Virus genome (UHGV): UHGV-0127163
Origin: a virus
Length of the DNA: 19,476 nucleotides
Direction: 5' to 3' (one strand)
The notes beneath the pieces were generated by a model. That model made no database searches and was not told where the DNA came from. It saw only the letters and a list, made by a program, of their open reading frames with translations. The first letter of the stretch is position 1. Each line of letters opens with the position of its first letter. Of this stretch, positions 1-7,835 are shown piece after piece. Position numbers and translations under genes: made by a program.

Positions 1-49
1 TTATGTTAACGAAAGGATTGTACAGTAAAGCGCATTTGTTAACGAATCA

Positions 50-769
50 TTAAATGCCGAGTGGGAAAATATCATGGCCTTGTTCTTGCCAACTGGTGAG
101 TTGCTGCTGTTGGGCGGAGGTTCGATTTTCACCGCACCACACCAGCAATGTACGGCCTTCGAATAGTTCAGGGCGTAGTTGATTGAGCGAGTGGGCGAGG
201 ACATCAATGCGCCATCCTTGTTGACTGGCAATCCAGCCCTCCAGCCACAGACGGGTGGTATCCTGAATATTCCAGCCAACCACCAGCGCATCTTTACCCT
301 GTTTTTTACGTGCCGAAGCCAGACAAATGGCGATGTAGTTGATCAGTACGCCGTCGAGGATCGCCAGCAGCGCCTGGAGAGTCGGTTGTTGGCATTGAAG
401 TCGTCGGCGCAGAGGAATAAACAGATGTGTGGTGAGTGTCTGGGCGGGGTAATCCTGACCGCGCTCTTTGATCCACGTTCGCAGGCTATGCAGATTGCCG
501 CTTTGCAGGTAGGTCAGTAATGTTTCTTGCTGATCGCGCCAGCCGTTCTGCACATCAACATTTTCATTACTGAGCAGCATTTTAACTTTGCTGACCTGCA
601 CGCCGTTGTCGATCCAGCGTTTGATCTCGCGGATACGGTCAATATCGGCATCGTTGAACAGTCGATGACCGCCGTCTGTCCGTTGCGGTTTCAGCAACCC
701 GTAACGCCTCTGCCACGCGCGTAACGTGACAGGGGTTAAGGGTAAACTAATTGATTTTGCAAGTTTTTA
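50..769 (-). CDS. mlrA: MerR-family transcriptional regulator (MlrA/YehV-like); host gene whose native 5' end is replaced by prophage-junction sequence
   Basis: Translation carries a MerR-type HTH C-terminal half (PVTLRAWQRRYGLLKPQRTDGGHRLFNDADIDRIREIKRWIDNGV) followed by a long effector domain; stop TAA at 50-52. Upstream of ~725 the in-frame sequence (KLAKSISLPLT) no longer looks like a MerR helix-1 and the frame closes at TAA 767-769, 2 nt from the integrase stop. ORF-track start at 697 is a TTG. Assignment to mlrA/yehV is from memory of the protein and of yehV as a known lambdoid integration site. Confidence 0.55.
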
Positions 770-771
770 TT
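700..771. other. Approximate attL / host-prophage junction
   Basis: Lies between the integrase 3' end (stop at 772-774) and the point (~722-727) where the MerR-gene frame stops resembling a MerR N-terminus. Core sequence cannot be defined without attR or an uninterrupted host allele. Confidence 0.3.
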
Positions 772-2058
772 TTACCCAGCTTTCTTATGGGGCATACATG
801 GGACACTTTCAGATAGTCTTTTGTTAAGGAGTTCTATCTGTTCGTGATTGTTGTCTTTCATCCATGCTCCGTAAACATTGAATACCATTTGTGCGTTTGT
901 GTGGCCTATCTGGCTTGCGATAAAACTAGGATTAGCTCCTGCGGCAAGTGACCAGCATGCATAAGTATGCCTGGATTGGTACGATTTTCTGTGTCTCAGA
1001 CCTGCGCGTTTTAAGATACTTGTCCATGACTCCCTGATGGAGTCAACCTTGTAGTGAGGTCCGGACAACTGCTGCTGTTTTGTTACCTGAGGACTAAAAA
1101 CAAAAGTGCATTTATGCACAGCAGTTCTCCCATATTCCCTCTGCTTCACCTCTACAGAATGTTGCTTTCCAAGCATGGTCATTTCCGCCTGGCTTTTAAG
1201 AGCATCAATAGCTGGTTGAACCAGATGAATTGTCCTTCCGGTGCCTGCATCGGTTTTTGGTGGAGTGAATTCGCCAAGTTTTGTATAATTTCTACGGATG
1301 GTTATAGTCCTTGCTTTAAGGTCTATATCTTCCCATGCCAGCGATACCAACTCCCCGTGACGAATACCCGTGTATACAGCGAGAATCCACAGGTTTTTTG
1401 TTTGTTGATGACGGCAAGCCTCAATAAAACGAATAAATTCGTCACGGGTGAGAGGATCTGGTTTTACCTTGGACTTTTTTAAGGGAGCCAGACCGTTAAA
1501 TGGGTTTCCTGAGGTATAACCATTATCTGTTGCAAATTGAAACATTCCAGCTATGGTTGTCATATAGTAGTTTACCGTGACCACTGAGCGCCCTTTTATG
1601 GAAGAAGTCTTTCCATTAGAAAGCTTTTGGTAACCGGTCAACAAATCTCTCCTTACGAAAAGTAAATCCTCTTTTGTTATGGATGAAACCAGTTTTTTTT
1701 CACCTAACATTGGTAACATGTTTTTAATTACTGACTGGTAACGGTTAAGTGCATTCGCACAAATCTCAATTTTCTTAAGGTCCAACCATTTTTCCGAAAG
1801 TGCCTTAACGGTTATCTCTCTTTTTCCCAGACCAAAGTGTTTCAGGTTAGGGGAATTAGGGAACTGCGCGGCATAGTCGAAACTCCCCATTCTGATTGCA
1901 AAACAAACGGAAGTGCGAAGTTCACCAGCGATCTTCCGGTTTTTGGCTGTGTCAGGAACACCGAGGTTTTCTCTGACACGTTTGCCATTATAGTGAAACC
2001 ATATACGGAGTGATCCTCCATGGTTTTCAACGCCTGTCGGGTATGATGCGTTACTCAT
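772..2058 (-). CDS. int: Tyrosine-type site-specific integrase (phage integrase family)
   Basis: 428 aa; C-terminal catalytic signature visible in translation (…GIRHGEL…, …SRHTYACW…, …VYGAWM…; R-H-R-Y pattern). ATG at 2058 preceded by GGAGG SD (rc of 2064-2068). Located next to the att junction and downstream of xis. Confidence 0.9.
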   Translation of the reverse strand: MSNASYPTGVENHGGSLRIWFHYNGKRVRENLGVPDTAKNRKIAGELRTSVCFAIRMGSFDYAAQFPNSPNLKHFGLGKREITVKALSEKWLDLKKIEICANALNRYQSVIKNMLPMLGEKKLVSSITKEDLLFVRRDLLTGYQKLSNGKTSSIKGRSVVTVNYYMTTIAGMFQFATDNGYTSGNPFNGLAPLKKSKVKPDPLTRDEFIRFIEACRHQQTKNLWILAVYTGIRHGELVSLAWEDIDLKARTITIRRNYTKLGEFTPPKTDAGTGRTIHLVQPAIDALKSQAEMTMLGKQHSVEVKQREYGRTAVHKCTFVFSPQVTKQQQLSGPHYKVDSIRESWTSILKRAGLRHRKSYQSRHTYACWSLAAGANPSFIASQIGHTNAQMVFNVYGAWMKDNNHEQIELLNKRLSESVPCMPHKKAG

Positions 2059-2091
2059 TAAACCTCCCAGACGTCCAGGAGCATTAACAGG

Positions 2092-2346
2092 TTAACCGGA
2101 ACTTGCATTTTTGGCACCTGGTTGTTTCTGGTTTTCGATCCATCGCATAATTTCTTCGATGTTGTACAGGCATTCACTGTAGTGCCCCGGATCACCTTCT
2201 ACAGCGTAATGGCGGTATTCTTTTCCCTGCATCCATGACTTTCTTCTTGCCCGCTCAATGGTGCCAGGCTTTAGCCCTGTTGATGCAATGAGGACTCTCT
2301 CCGTACACCATTTGCTGGGGGTTATCTGATAGATGATTGTCTGCAT
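2092..2346 (-). CDS. xis: Putative excisionase (Xis-like small DNA-binding protein)
   Basis: 84 aa ORF immediately upstream of int on the same strand, GAGG SD before the ATG; position and size typical of excisionase. No strong motif recognised, so the call is mainly positional. Confidence 0.5.
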   Translation of the reverse strand: MQTIIYQITPSKWCTERVLIASTGLKPGTIERARRKSWMQGKEYRHYAVEGDPGHYSECLYNIEEIMRWIENQKQPGAKNASSG

Positions 2347-2409
2347 GCCAACCTCATAAAACTTTCATCCACGGCAGTGGCACCACACTTCAAACATTCG
2401 CTTCACAAC

Positions 2410-2499
2410 TTAACGACAGTAGAAGCCGTCAACATCTCGCGTCAGGTCATAGCGATTGCCGTAACGCTGGTGGACCCATCGTTCAAATGCTTTATTCAT
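2410..2499 (-). CDS. Possible small ORF (29 aa, MNKAFERWVHQRYGNRYDLTRDVDGFYCR)
   Basis: ATG at 2499-2497 with AGGAAG SD 6 nt upstream, located in the 156 bp gap between xis and the next upstream gene. Below ORF-track size cutoff; hand translated. Confidence 0.25.
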   Translation of the reverse strand: MNKAFERWVHQRYGNRYDLTRDVDGFYCR

Positions 2500-2502
2500 T
2501 CT

Positions 2503-2745
2503 TTACTTCCTTTTTATGGCTCGTAATTTTTTCAGGTGCTTTTCCTGCTCAGTGTCCGCGAGAATTTTGCGGTACTCCTGGTGGTCAATATGTTCGAACA
2601 GGCAGTTTAACTCACCAATGCGTACCCGCCCGGATCGTCCGTCCATCCGTCGAAAGAACACTGAGTGCTCAGTGATGCGAGTAATCACCACGGGGTATCC
2701 AGCTCTGTCCGTGTATATCTGACCGCGTTGAATCAAAGCGAACAT
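2503..2745 (-). CDS. Hypothetical phage protein (80 aa from internal ATG; ORF-track start at 2781 is TTG)
   Basis: ORF in early-left operon orientation; ATG at 2745 with GGGGA upstream. No recognisable domain. Confidence 0.45.
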   Translation of the reverse strand: MFALIQRGQIYTDRAGYPVVITRITEHSVFFRRMDGRSGRVRIGELNCLFEHIDHQEYRKILADTEQEKHLKKLRAIKRK

Positions 2746-2829
2746 GTGGTTATCCCCATCGACAAATCGAGAACACAACAAACGCTGCTGCGAATACCAC
2801 CCCCAGAGTTACGATTGCATCAGGCCAGC

Positions 2830-3774
2830 TCATTGATTCACCTCCTGCCTGTCGTCCGGCATTCGCTCACTACAGCTTATCCAACCATCCGGAGTTACCG
2901 GAACTTGTGGAATGGCTGTCTGCTCTCGAACGTCATTAGGCGCTATAGGTTCTGCTGCCAACTGACTGGCATATTTGTTAATGGTAACGATAAGCTCTTG
3001 CTCAGCCTCATCCAGACAATCACCGATACCTCGCCTGTCACCGTCAAAATCATCGAAATCGGCACGAATCCTGGCAACCTTCAGGATTGCGGACAACACC
3101 TCACTAGGAATTGCCGGATAGTTGGTTGACGTTTCCGCGATTTCCCGAAAATTATTGGTTGACGAATTCTTGTTTTCCCGAAAGTTTCCGGACTGAAGCA
3201 TGGCGGCGCGGCAGGCGTTCCATATTTCGGCAGCAATATCGCGCTCGCTATCGGTTAATTTGTACGTTGAAACATAGCCAGAGAGCATTTCTACGTTTTC
3301 CGGAGTTGCTTCTTCAGGCACTACCGGTGCTGGCTCACGTATTACAGGCTCGCCCATGCGTGATTCTCCCTGCGCCTCTTTCACCATGTGGTCATTGATT
3401 TGCTCCAGTCGCCGAACGTGCTCATCAGCTTCAAGCGCTCGCCGTTTCCAGATGGACAGGTCTTCACGAGCGCCCTGATATGCGTCACCGTATTCGCCGT
3501 TAAATACTGGCGCTGGCGGGGCGATGCGTCCAAGCAACTTATTTACCTCTTTCGCCATCGCGTCATATTTATCTAAATAGCGATTAGCTTCTAAGCAGAC
3601 TCGGTGCATCTGATCTGAGTTAACTCGTTTAACTGGATCTGCTTCCAATGATGCCAGTGCAATCCGTGCCAGTTCTTCCGCTTCTTCTGCTGGCAGTACA
3701 ACGTTGCTACCCGGTCCGTATGTTTCGCGCCACTGCTTGATTGTCAGCAGTCGCCCTTTGGTAATAGTGATCAT
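2830..3774 (-). CDS. Hypothetical phage protein (314 aa)
   Basis: Long ORF, start ATG overlaps stop of upstream gene (ATGA at 3771-3774). Acidic, coiled-coil-like composition; contains an internal ~33 bp tandem duplication (3120-3186). No domain assigned. Confidence 0.6.
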   Translation of the reverse strand: MITITKGRLLTIKQWRETYGPGSNVVLPAEEAEELARIALASLEADPVKRVNSDQMHRVCLEANRYLDKYDAMAKEVNKLLGRIAPPAPVFNGEYGDAYQGAREDLSIWKRRALEADEHVRRLEQINDHMVKEAQGESRMGEPVIREPAPVVPEEATPENVEMLSGYVSTYKLTDSERDIAAEIWNACRAAMLQSGNFRENKNSSTNNFREIAETSTNYPAIPSEVLSAILKVARIRADFDDFDGDRRGIGDCLDEAEQELIVTINKYASQLAAEPIAPNDVREQTAIPQVPVTPDGWISCSERMPDDRQEVNQ

Positions 3775-4286
3775 GCCGCGTTTCCTTCTTTCTTATTAAC
3801 AATCACACCGTCATATATTTCATTAAGGTGCCCTCTCAACTCCATGCGCCTTAATGCAGATAACATGTAATCGCATTCAACCTGCTTATTCCCGGTAAAT
3901 GGCTTATCGTCAGGATTACCCCAACAGCAATTACCCCTGGGCCATCCATGTACTTTCCGTACTCTTCCGTTAACAACGTGAAGTAATCCCCAGCCGGGAG
4001 GTAAATCCTCAACTGAAATAATTTCCGGCTCACTAATAAAGAATCGCCAGTCGCCCATGCCAAGTGAGGGATTTTTACGGAAACGCTTTTTTCTATCTGC
4101 CAACAAGTCAGCACGAGAACACTTCGCCTCTATCAGGCATGATGCTGAATTTCTGAATCCCATAGCATCTGGCTGTTCTCCGGTACTGGTTACAGCAACA
4201 AAGCGGTCATGAAAGCAAACCTTGAACCCGTTGCGCTTAAGGAACTTGTACGCAATCTGACAGAGTTCGTGGTGTGTTAACGCCAT
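3771..4286 (-). CDS. Hypothetical protein with PD-(D/E)xK nuclease-like motif
   Basis: 171 aa; GGAGAG SD before ATG 4286; translation contains …EQPDAMGF…(19 aa)…CLIEAKCSRADL…, resembling a D…(D/E)xK nuclease core. Family assignment not verified. Confidence 0.5.
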   Translation of the reverse strand: MALTHHELCQIAYKFLKRNGFKVCFHDRFVAVTSTGEQPDAMGFRNSASCLIEAKCSRADLLADRKKRFRKNPSLGMGDWRFFISEPEIISVEDLPPGWGLLHVVNGRVRKVHGWPRGNCCWGNPDDKPFTGNKQVECDYMLSALRRMELRGHLNEIYDGVIVNKKEGNAA

Positions 4287-4287
4287 A

Positions 4288-4860
4288 TCACTCTCCTTTG
4301 ATGCGAATGTCAGCGACGCGTAATGCGTGTTCTAGGTCAATCAGGTAAAGCCAACTGCCATTTTCTTTAGGTATCATGACTTGTCGCTCATCTGCATTTA
4401 TCGGGTGTCCATATCGAAGGTCGTAGCGAGTCGGTAATTGAACTTCCCGCGCTTCCAGTTCAGCAATACGCTTGCACCCATCAGAGATAACTCCCTCGTA
4501 ATACTCGCGCTGCTCGTTGAGTTTTGATTTTGCTGCTTCAAGCTCAACGCGCAGCTTCCCAACCGTAAGCGCAATATCCTCGTTCTCCTGGTCACGGCGT
4601 TTGATGTATTGCTGGTTTCTTTCCCGTTCATCCAGCAGCGCCTGCACTACTTCAGGGTTGAAAGCTGCGATATAACGAGCGTTGTTCTCTGCGTTGTTCT
4701 GTCCATCAAAGCCGGTCCATTTGATAACGTCTTCACATCGTTTATCACCAGGTGTATGCACCGCATATGTACCAGTACCAGACGAAATAAATGCGACCCA
4801 TTCACCCTGTGTTGCCAGTTGCGCCGCTTTACGCAGTGCCTGATAGTCAATCTTGCTCAC
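4288..4860 (-). CDS. Ea22-like early protein (ead/Ea22 family), start likely GTG at 4860
   Basis: N-terminal …SKIDYQALRKAAQLATQGEWVA… resembles the conserved N-terminus of lambda-type Ea22-like proteins (recalled, not searched). GTG at 4860-4858 overlaps stop of upstream gene (GTGA) and follows AGGAGG SD; ORF-track ATG at 4896 lacks an SD. Confidence 0.55.
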   Translation of the reverse strand: MSKIDYQALRKAAQLATQGEWVAFISSGTGTYAVHTPGDKRCEDVIKWTGFDGQNNAENNARYIAAFNPEVVQALLDERERNQQYIKRRDQENEDIALTVGKLRVELEAAKSKLNEQREYYEGVISDGCKRIAELEAREVQLPTRYDLRYGHPINADERQVMIPKENGSWLYLIDLEHALRVADIRIKGE

Positions 4861-5096
4861 TGGTTGCCTCCTTTGCGGATCTGCGCTGCGATGCACGAAA
4901 AAAAAGACTCCCGCGTATGACTGTTAAGAGCTGGCGCGAACGCTGCGTTAAGAACGGCAGCATCACAGCCGTCATCGATATAGAGCGCAATTTTTTTCTC
5001 CAGGCGCGCTTTGGCTTCCTGCAACTGCATACCCCGGCACGCACGCGGGATATAATCAGCAATTTGAGCGATAGCTTTTTCGTTCTGTTTAAACAT
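4857..5096 (-). CDS. Hypothetical small phage protein (79 aa)
   Basis: ATG 5096 with GAGGTG SD; stop overlaps next gene start; same operon orientation. Confidence 0.5.
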   Translation of the reverse strand: MFKQNEKAIAQIADYIPRACRGMQLQEAKARLEKKIALYIDDGCDAAVLNAAFAPALNSHTRESFFSCIAAQIRKGGNQ

Positions 5097-5292
5097 GCTT
5101 CACCTCGATAGGCTTGATGGTGTCTAACAGCAGTCGGCGGCGCGTATTTTCTGCAAAGTGGCGGCGTCCAGTTTCTTTGTGGTAAAACTCGTTTTTGCCG
5201 ACGACCCACATCCGTTCTGTTTGGTGCAATTTTTTTACCTGCGGTCCATCTTTGGTGATCACGGTACCGGTATGGGTTTTTACGATTGTCAT
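5089..5292 (-). CDS. Hypothetical small phage protein (67 aa)
   Basis: ATG 5292 with AGAGGT SD, ATGA overlap with stop of PAPS-reductase-like gene. Confidence 0.5.
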   Translation of the reverse strand: MTIVKTHTGTVITKDGPQVKKLHQTERMWVVGKNEFYHKETGRRHFAENTRRRLLLDTIKPIEVKHV

Positions 5293-6167
5293 GCCACTAC
5301 CTCTTCGAATTTCAACTCCAATTGGTCACCCCAGATTTCACATGATTCGGAACACGAACCAGTATCAAACCGCTTGGCCAGCACCATCGCCTGATACAAA
5401 CTTCTGTAGTCGCTGTCGGCATACATTCTGGCAATCCTGTCAAGCGTCAGGTGACCACGGTACATAACGTCTTTACCTGTTCTGCGATGACCATCCCGGA
5501 CGTGTTTGCCTGTAACCAGTTCATTAAAAACCCGCATCAGACCAGGTTCGTCTTTACATGCGATCCCCAGCTTTTGCGTTGACTTTTTGATGCAGAAAAC
5601 ACAGTTCCCGAGGTGCTCCGGGATTTGCAAATCAAAAGGTTGTTTACGCCACCACCGGATAACATCCGACTTATCAAAATCTGACAGCTCGGCAAGATAC
5701 CGGACGCCCGGTTTCGGTTTCAGCCTACGGTGTTCGTCCGCACGAATACCCAGCCATGTGATGTAATTCCCTCGCCCAAAATGGTCATCGCAATATTTCG
5801 TGAAAGGGGTGAGTTTTAGCCTGTCAGTACAGAATGCGCCGCCGATGTATGGCGTACCGTACTTTTTAACCATGTCCATAAACGGTTTAAGCACCGGCAT
5901 TCGCGTCTGAATATCCTTTGGTTCCCATTCCGTATAACCATTTGGCTGCCCAAGCTCTGGATTTATATCGACCTGCAACACAGTTAGCGGTATGCCCCAG
6001 AACTTCACAACCTCCCGAATAAAGCGGTATGTCAGCGGATGTTCGCAACCGGTATCCATAAAGATGTAGCAGACGTTATTGCCAGCCTTTCTTTGTTCTT
6101 CCATCAGGTGAACAAGATATGCAGATGTTCTCCCGCCAGAAAAACTAACTACATGAGTTATGCACAT
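5289..6167 (-). CDS. Phosphoadenosine-phosphosulfate (PAPS) reductase-family protein (PP-loop ATP pyrophosphatase fold)
   Basis: 292 aa; N-terminal PP-loop-like motif VVSFSGGRTSAYL (SGGxxS-type), typical of the PAPS reductase/ATP-sulfurylase-like superfamily found in lambdoid early regions. Confidence 0.7.
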   Translation of the reverse strand: MCITHVVSFSGGRTSAYLVHLMEEQRKAGNNVCYIFMDTGCEHPLTYRFIREVVKFWGIPLTVLQVDINPELGQPNGYTEWEPKDIQTRMPVLKPFMDMVKKYGTPYIGGAFCTDRLKLTPFTKYCDDHFGRGNYITWLGIRADEHRRLKPKPGVRYLAELSDFDKSDVIRWWRKQPFDLQIPEHLGNCVFCIKKSTQKLGIACKDEPGLMRVFNELVTGKHVRDGHRRTGKDVMYRGHLTLDRIARMYADSDYRSLYQAMVLAKRFDTGSCSESCEIWGDQLELKFEEVVA

Positions 6168-6694
6168 TTGCGTAATTCCGATAACTCGTTGAAGCGTTCC
6201 ATAAACATCCCGTAGGCATGGCCCGGTGCCAGTGGAATCACTTTGAACATCTCTGTTGCCGGGATACCTTCCAATACAGGCCAGAAAGAGCCATCATCAA
6301 GTCCGAGATCGCGGCGTTCGGTTGCCAGCATGATGAGATCGGCATATTTCACAGGCGTGCTCATAACCGGGGGTAACCCGTATTTCTCACGGATTACGGC
6401 GTCTATTTTTTCTTCCATCCGTTTATAGTCAGGAAGAAGGCGTTTCAGTGGAGCGGGAATATCCTGGCAATACGCTTCTGTTGCATCATGCATTAACGCT
6501 TCAAAAGCAAATTCCTGCGGCACCAGCTGGCTGCAAAGCACCGCATGTTGGGCGACACTGTAGAAGTGAGAAAGATGACCGGCAAAGCGGCAGATATTTG
6601 AAAGGGAAACCGCGATATCGTTAATCACGATGTCGTCTTTATTTATCTTGTCATAATAAAAATGCTTCCCGGAAAAAGTTTTAATAAATGACAT
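6158..6694 (-). CDS. HD-domain phosphohydrolase (YfbR-like nucleotidase family)
   Basis: Translation contains H…H and HD motifs (…FAGHLSHFYSVAQHAV…, …ALMHDATEAYCQDIP…). Preferred start ATG 6694 with GGAGAA SD; the longer ORF-track start at 6763 lies inside a strong hairpin. Confidence 0.7.
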   Translation of the reverse strand: MSFIKTFSGKHFYYDKINKDDIVINDIAVSLSNICRFAGHLSHFYSVAQHAVLCSQLVPQEFAFEALMHDATEAYCQDIPAPLKRLLPDYKRMEEKIDAVIREKYGLPPVMSTPVKYADLIMLATERRDLGLDDGSFWPVLEGIPATEMFKVIPLAPGHAYGMFMERFNELSELRKCA

Positions 6695-6736
6695 TTTGTT
6701 CTCCACGTTATATGCGCTGCACCGCTCTGAATTTTG

Positions 6737-6786
6737 ATTGCAGCAATCCAGCCCATTTGACATGGGATGATTGCTGCAATTTTTTT
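6737..6786 (+). terminator. Perfect 12-bp inverted repeat with nested 5-bp hairpin, followed on the + strand by T6 (intrinsic-terminator-like on + strand)
   Basis: ATTGCAGCAATC (6737-6748) / GATTGCTGCAAT (6769-6780); inner CCCAT-ttgac-ATGGG (6752-6766); TTTTTT 6781-6786. Sits between the RdgC-like and HD genes. Confidence 0.35.
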
Positions 6787-7702
6787 AAGTTGTTGGATTT
6801 TGGCTTTTATCTTCTTTGTAAGAAAGAAGGTCACACATCAAATTAACTACCTTGCTGAATTGGAAAAGGTCAGCGCCAGTCTGATGACGCCACTGGAATG
6901 CTTTATCATCTTCATCATTAAATGTCTGAGATTGAGTATTGATGCGCGAAAAATGGAAATTTTCGGTAAGAATGAAGGTCACACCGCAACCGGATAACTC
7001 CATTTTATCAGCAGTGAAACTACTACTAAGGCTATCGGCCAGTTCGCTTTGAATTGACTCATGCTCAGCTGAGTAGCGAATAATTTCCTTTTGATCTGCG
7101 TAGCGTGATAGCTGAATATAATTTCCGACAGTGAATCCTTCAAATGCATTGGCTGCACCATTGATGTAGTTATTCAGGCGTGTAGTCAGTCCATTCTTGA
7201 TATCACTGATGTTGATTGTTTCTGTTTTCACTGAACCGACAACCTTAATCAGCATTGCGCATACCATACCGGCTATTATTTTATTGGTTGTGTTGATTAC
7301 CAATAATTTCTCATCAGTGCTGTACAATGCAAGAATCAGAGTAGACTTAACAAATGCCTGTTTGCATAGATCTACTCGTACGTTATCAATAATGGCCAGT
7401 CGTTCGGCACGCTTTAATTTATTCCCGGACATATTTTCGATTGTTTGGATTCGAGAATTAGCTTCTTTCATGACGACATGTCGGGGAATTATTTTCTGAT
7501 CATGACGGATTACCATTGCGTACCCACCAGATATCGGAGTTACCAGTTCACCAGTGACAGGATTCTCTACAAAAGAGGACCGTGAAAATTCTGTTTCCCC
7601 GATTTCAGAATAAGGGAGTTCGAGAAGATGACCTTCAATAGCCTGTATACTAGGTAATGTTGCTCGGTACACAATTGCGTTACGAAATTTTGGTAATTTC
7701 AT
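6785..7702 (-). CDS. rdgC: RdgC-like recombination-associated protein
   Basis: From ATG 7702 (GAGGA SD) the product starts MKLPKFRNAIVYR…, matching the RdgC N-terminal pattern (M-x-x-F-K-N-x-x-VYR) and its ~305 aa length. The ORF-track N-terminal extension to 7903 overlaps the structured leader and is unlikely to be translated. Confidence 0.7.
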   Translation of the reverse strand: MKLPKFRNAIVYRATLPSIQAIEGHLLELPYSEIGETEFSRSSFVENPVTGELVTPISGGYAMVIRHDQKIIPRHVVMKEANSRIQTIENMSGNKLKRAERLAIIDNVRVDLCKQAFVKSTLILALYSTDEKLLVINTTNKIIAGMVCAMLIKVVGSVKTETINISDIKNGLTTRLNNYINGAANAFEGFTVGNYIQLSRYADQKEIIRYSAEHESIQSELADSLSSSFTADKMELSGCGVTFILTENFHFSRINTQSQTFNDEDDKAFQWRHQTGADLFQFSKVVNLMCDLLSYKEDKSQNPTT

Positions 7703-7740
7703 TCTATTTTCCTCTGCACAATGTATTAGTTTCTCCACAA

Positions 7741-7835
7741 AACAGAGAAGAACACCTGCGGTGGCAGCCGCCCGGATGGATTGGGTTATGAGCCCGTCGT
7801 CCGGTGATGCTCTTCTCTGTTTTGTAAAAAGAGCG
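7741..7835 (-). promoter_or_regulatory. Structured RNA element in early-left leader: boxA-like CGCTCTTTTTA followed by a 14-bp stem enclosing a ~53-nt multi-hairpin core
   Basis: On the - strand: CGCTCTTTTTA (7835-7825), then AACAGAGAAGAGCA (7821-7808) pairing with UGUUCUUCUCUGUU (7754-7741); 13 Watson-Crick pairs plus one G-U on the - strand (the same position is an A-C mismatch on the + strand). Immediately 5' of the RdgC SD. Confidence 0.4.

Noticed and set aside
179-4920. Multiple + strand ORFs overlapping the leftward genes (for example 179-520, 1054-1482, 2337-2675, 2665-3129, 3111-3398, 4609-4920)
   Set aside because: They lie antisense to well-supported - strand genes (host MerR gene, int, xis, early-left genes) with SDs and coupled starts; interpreted as shadow ORFs.
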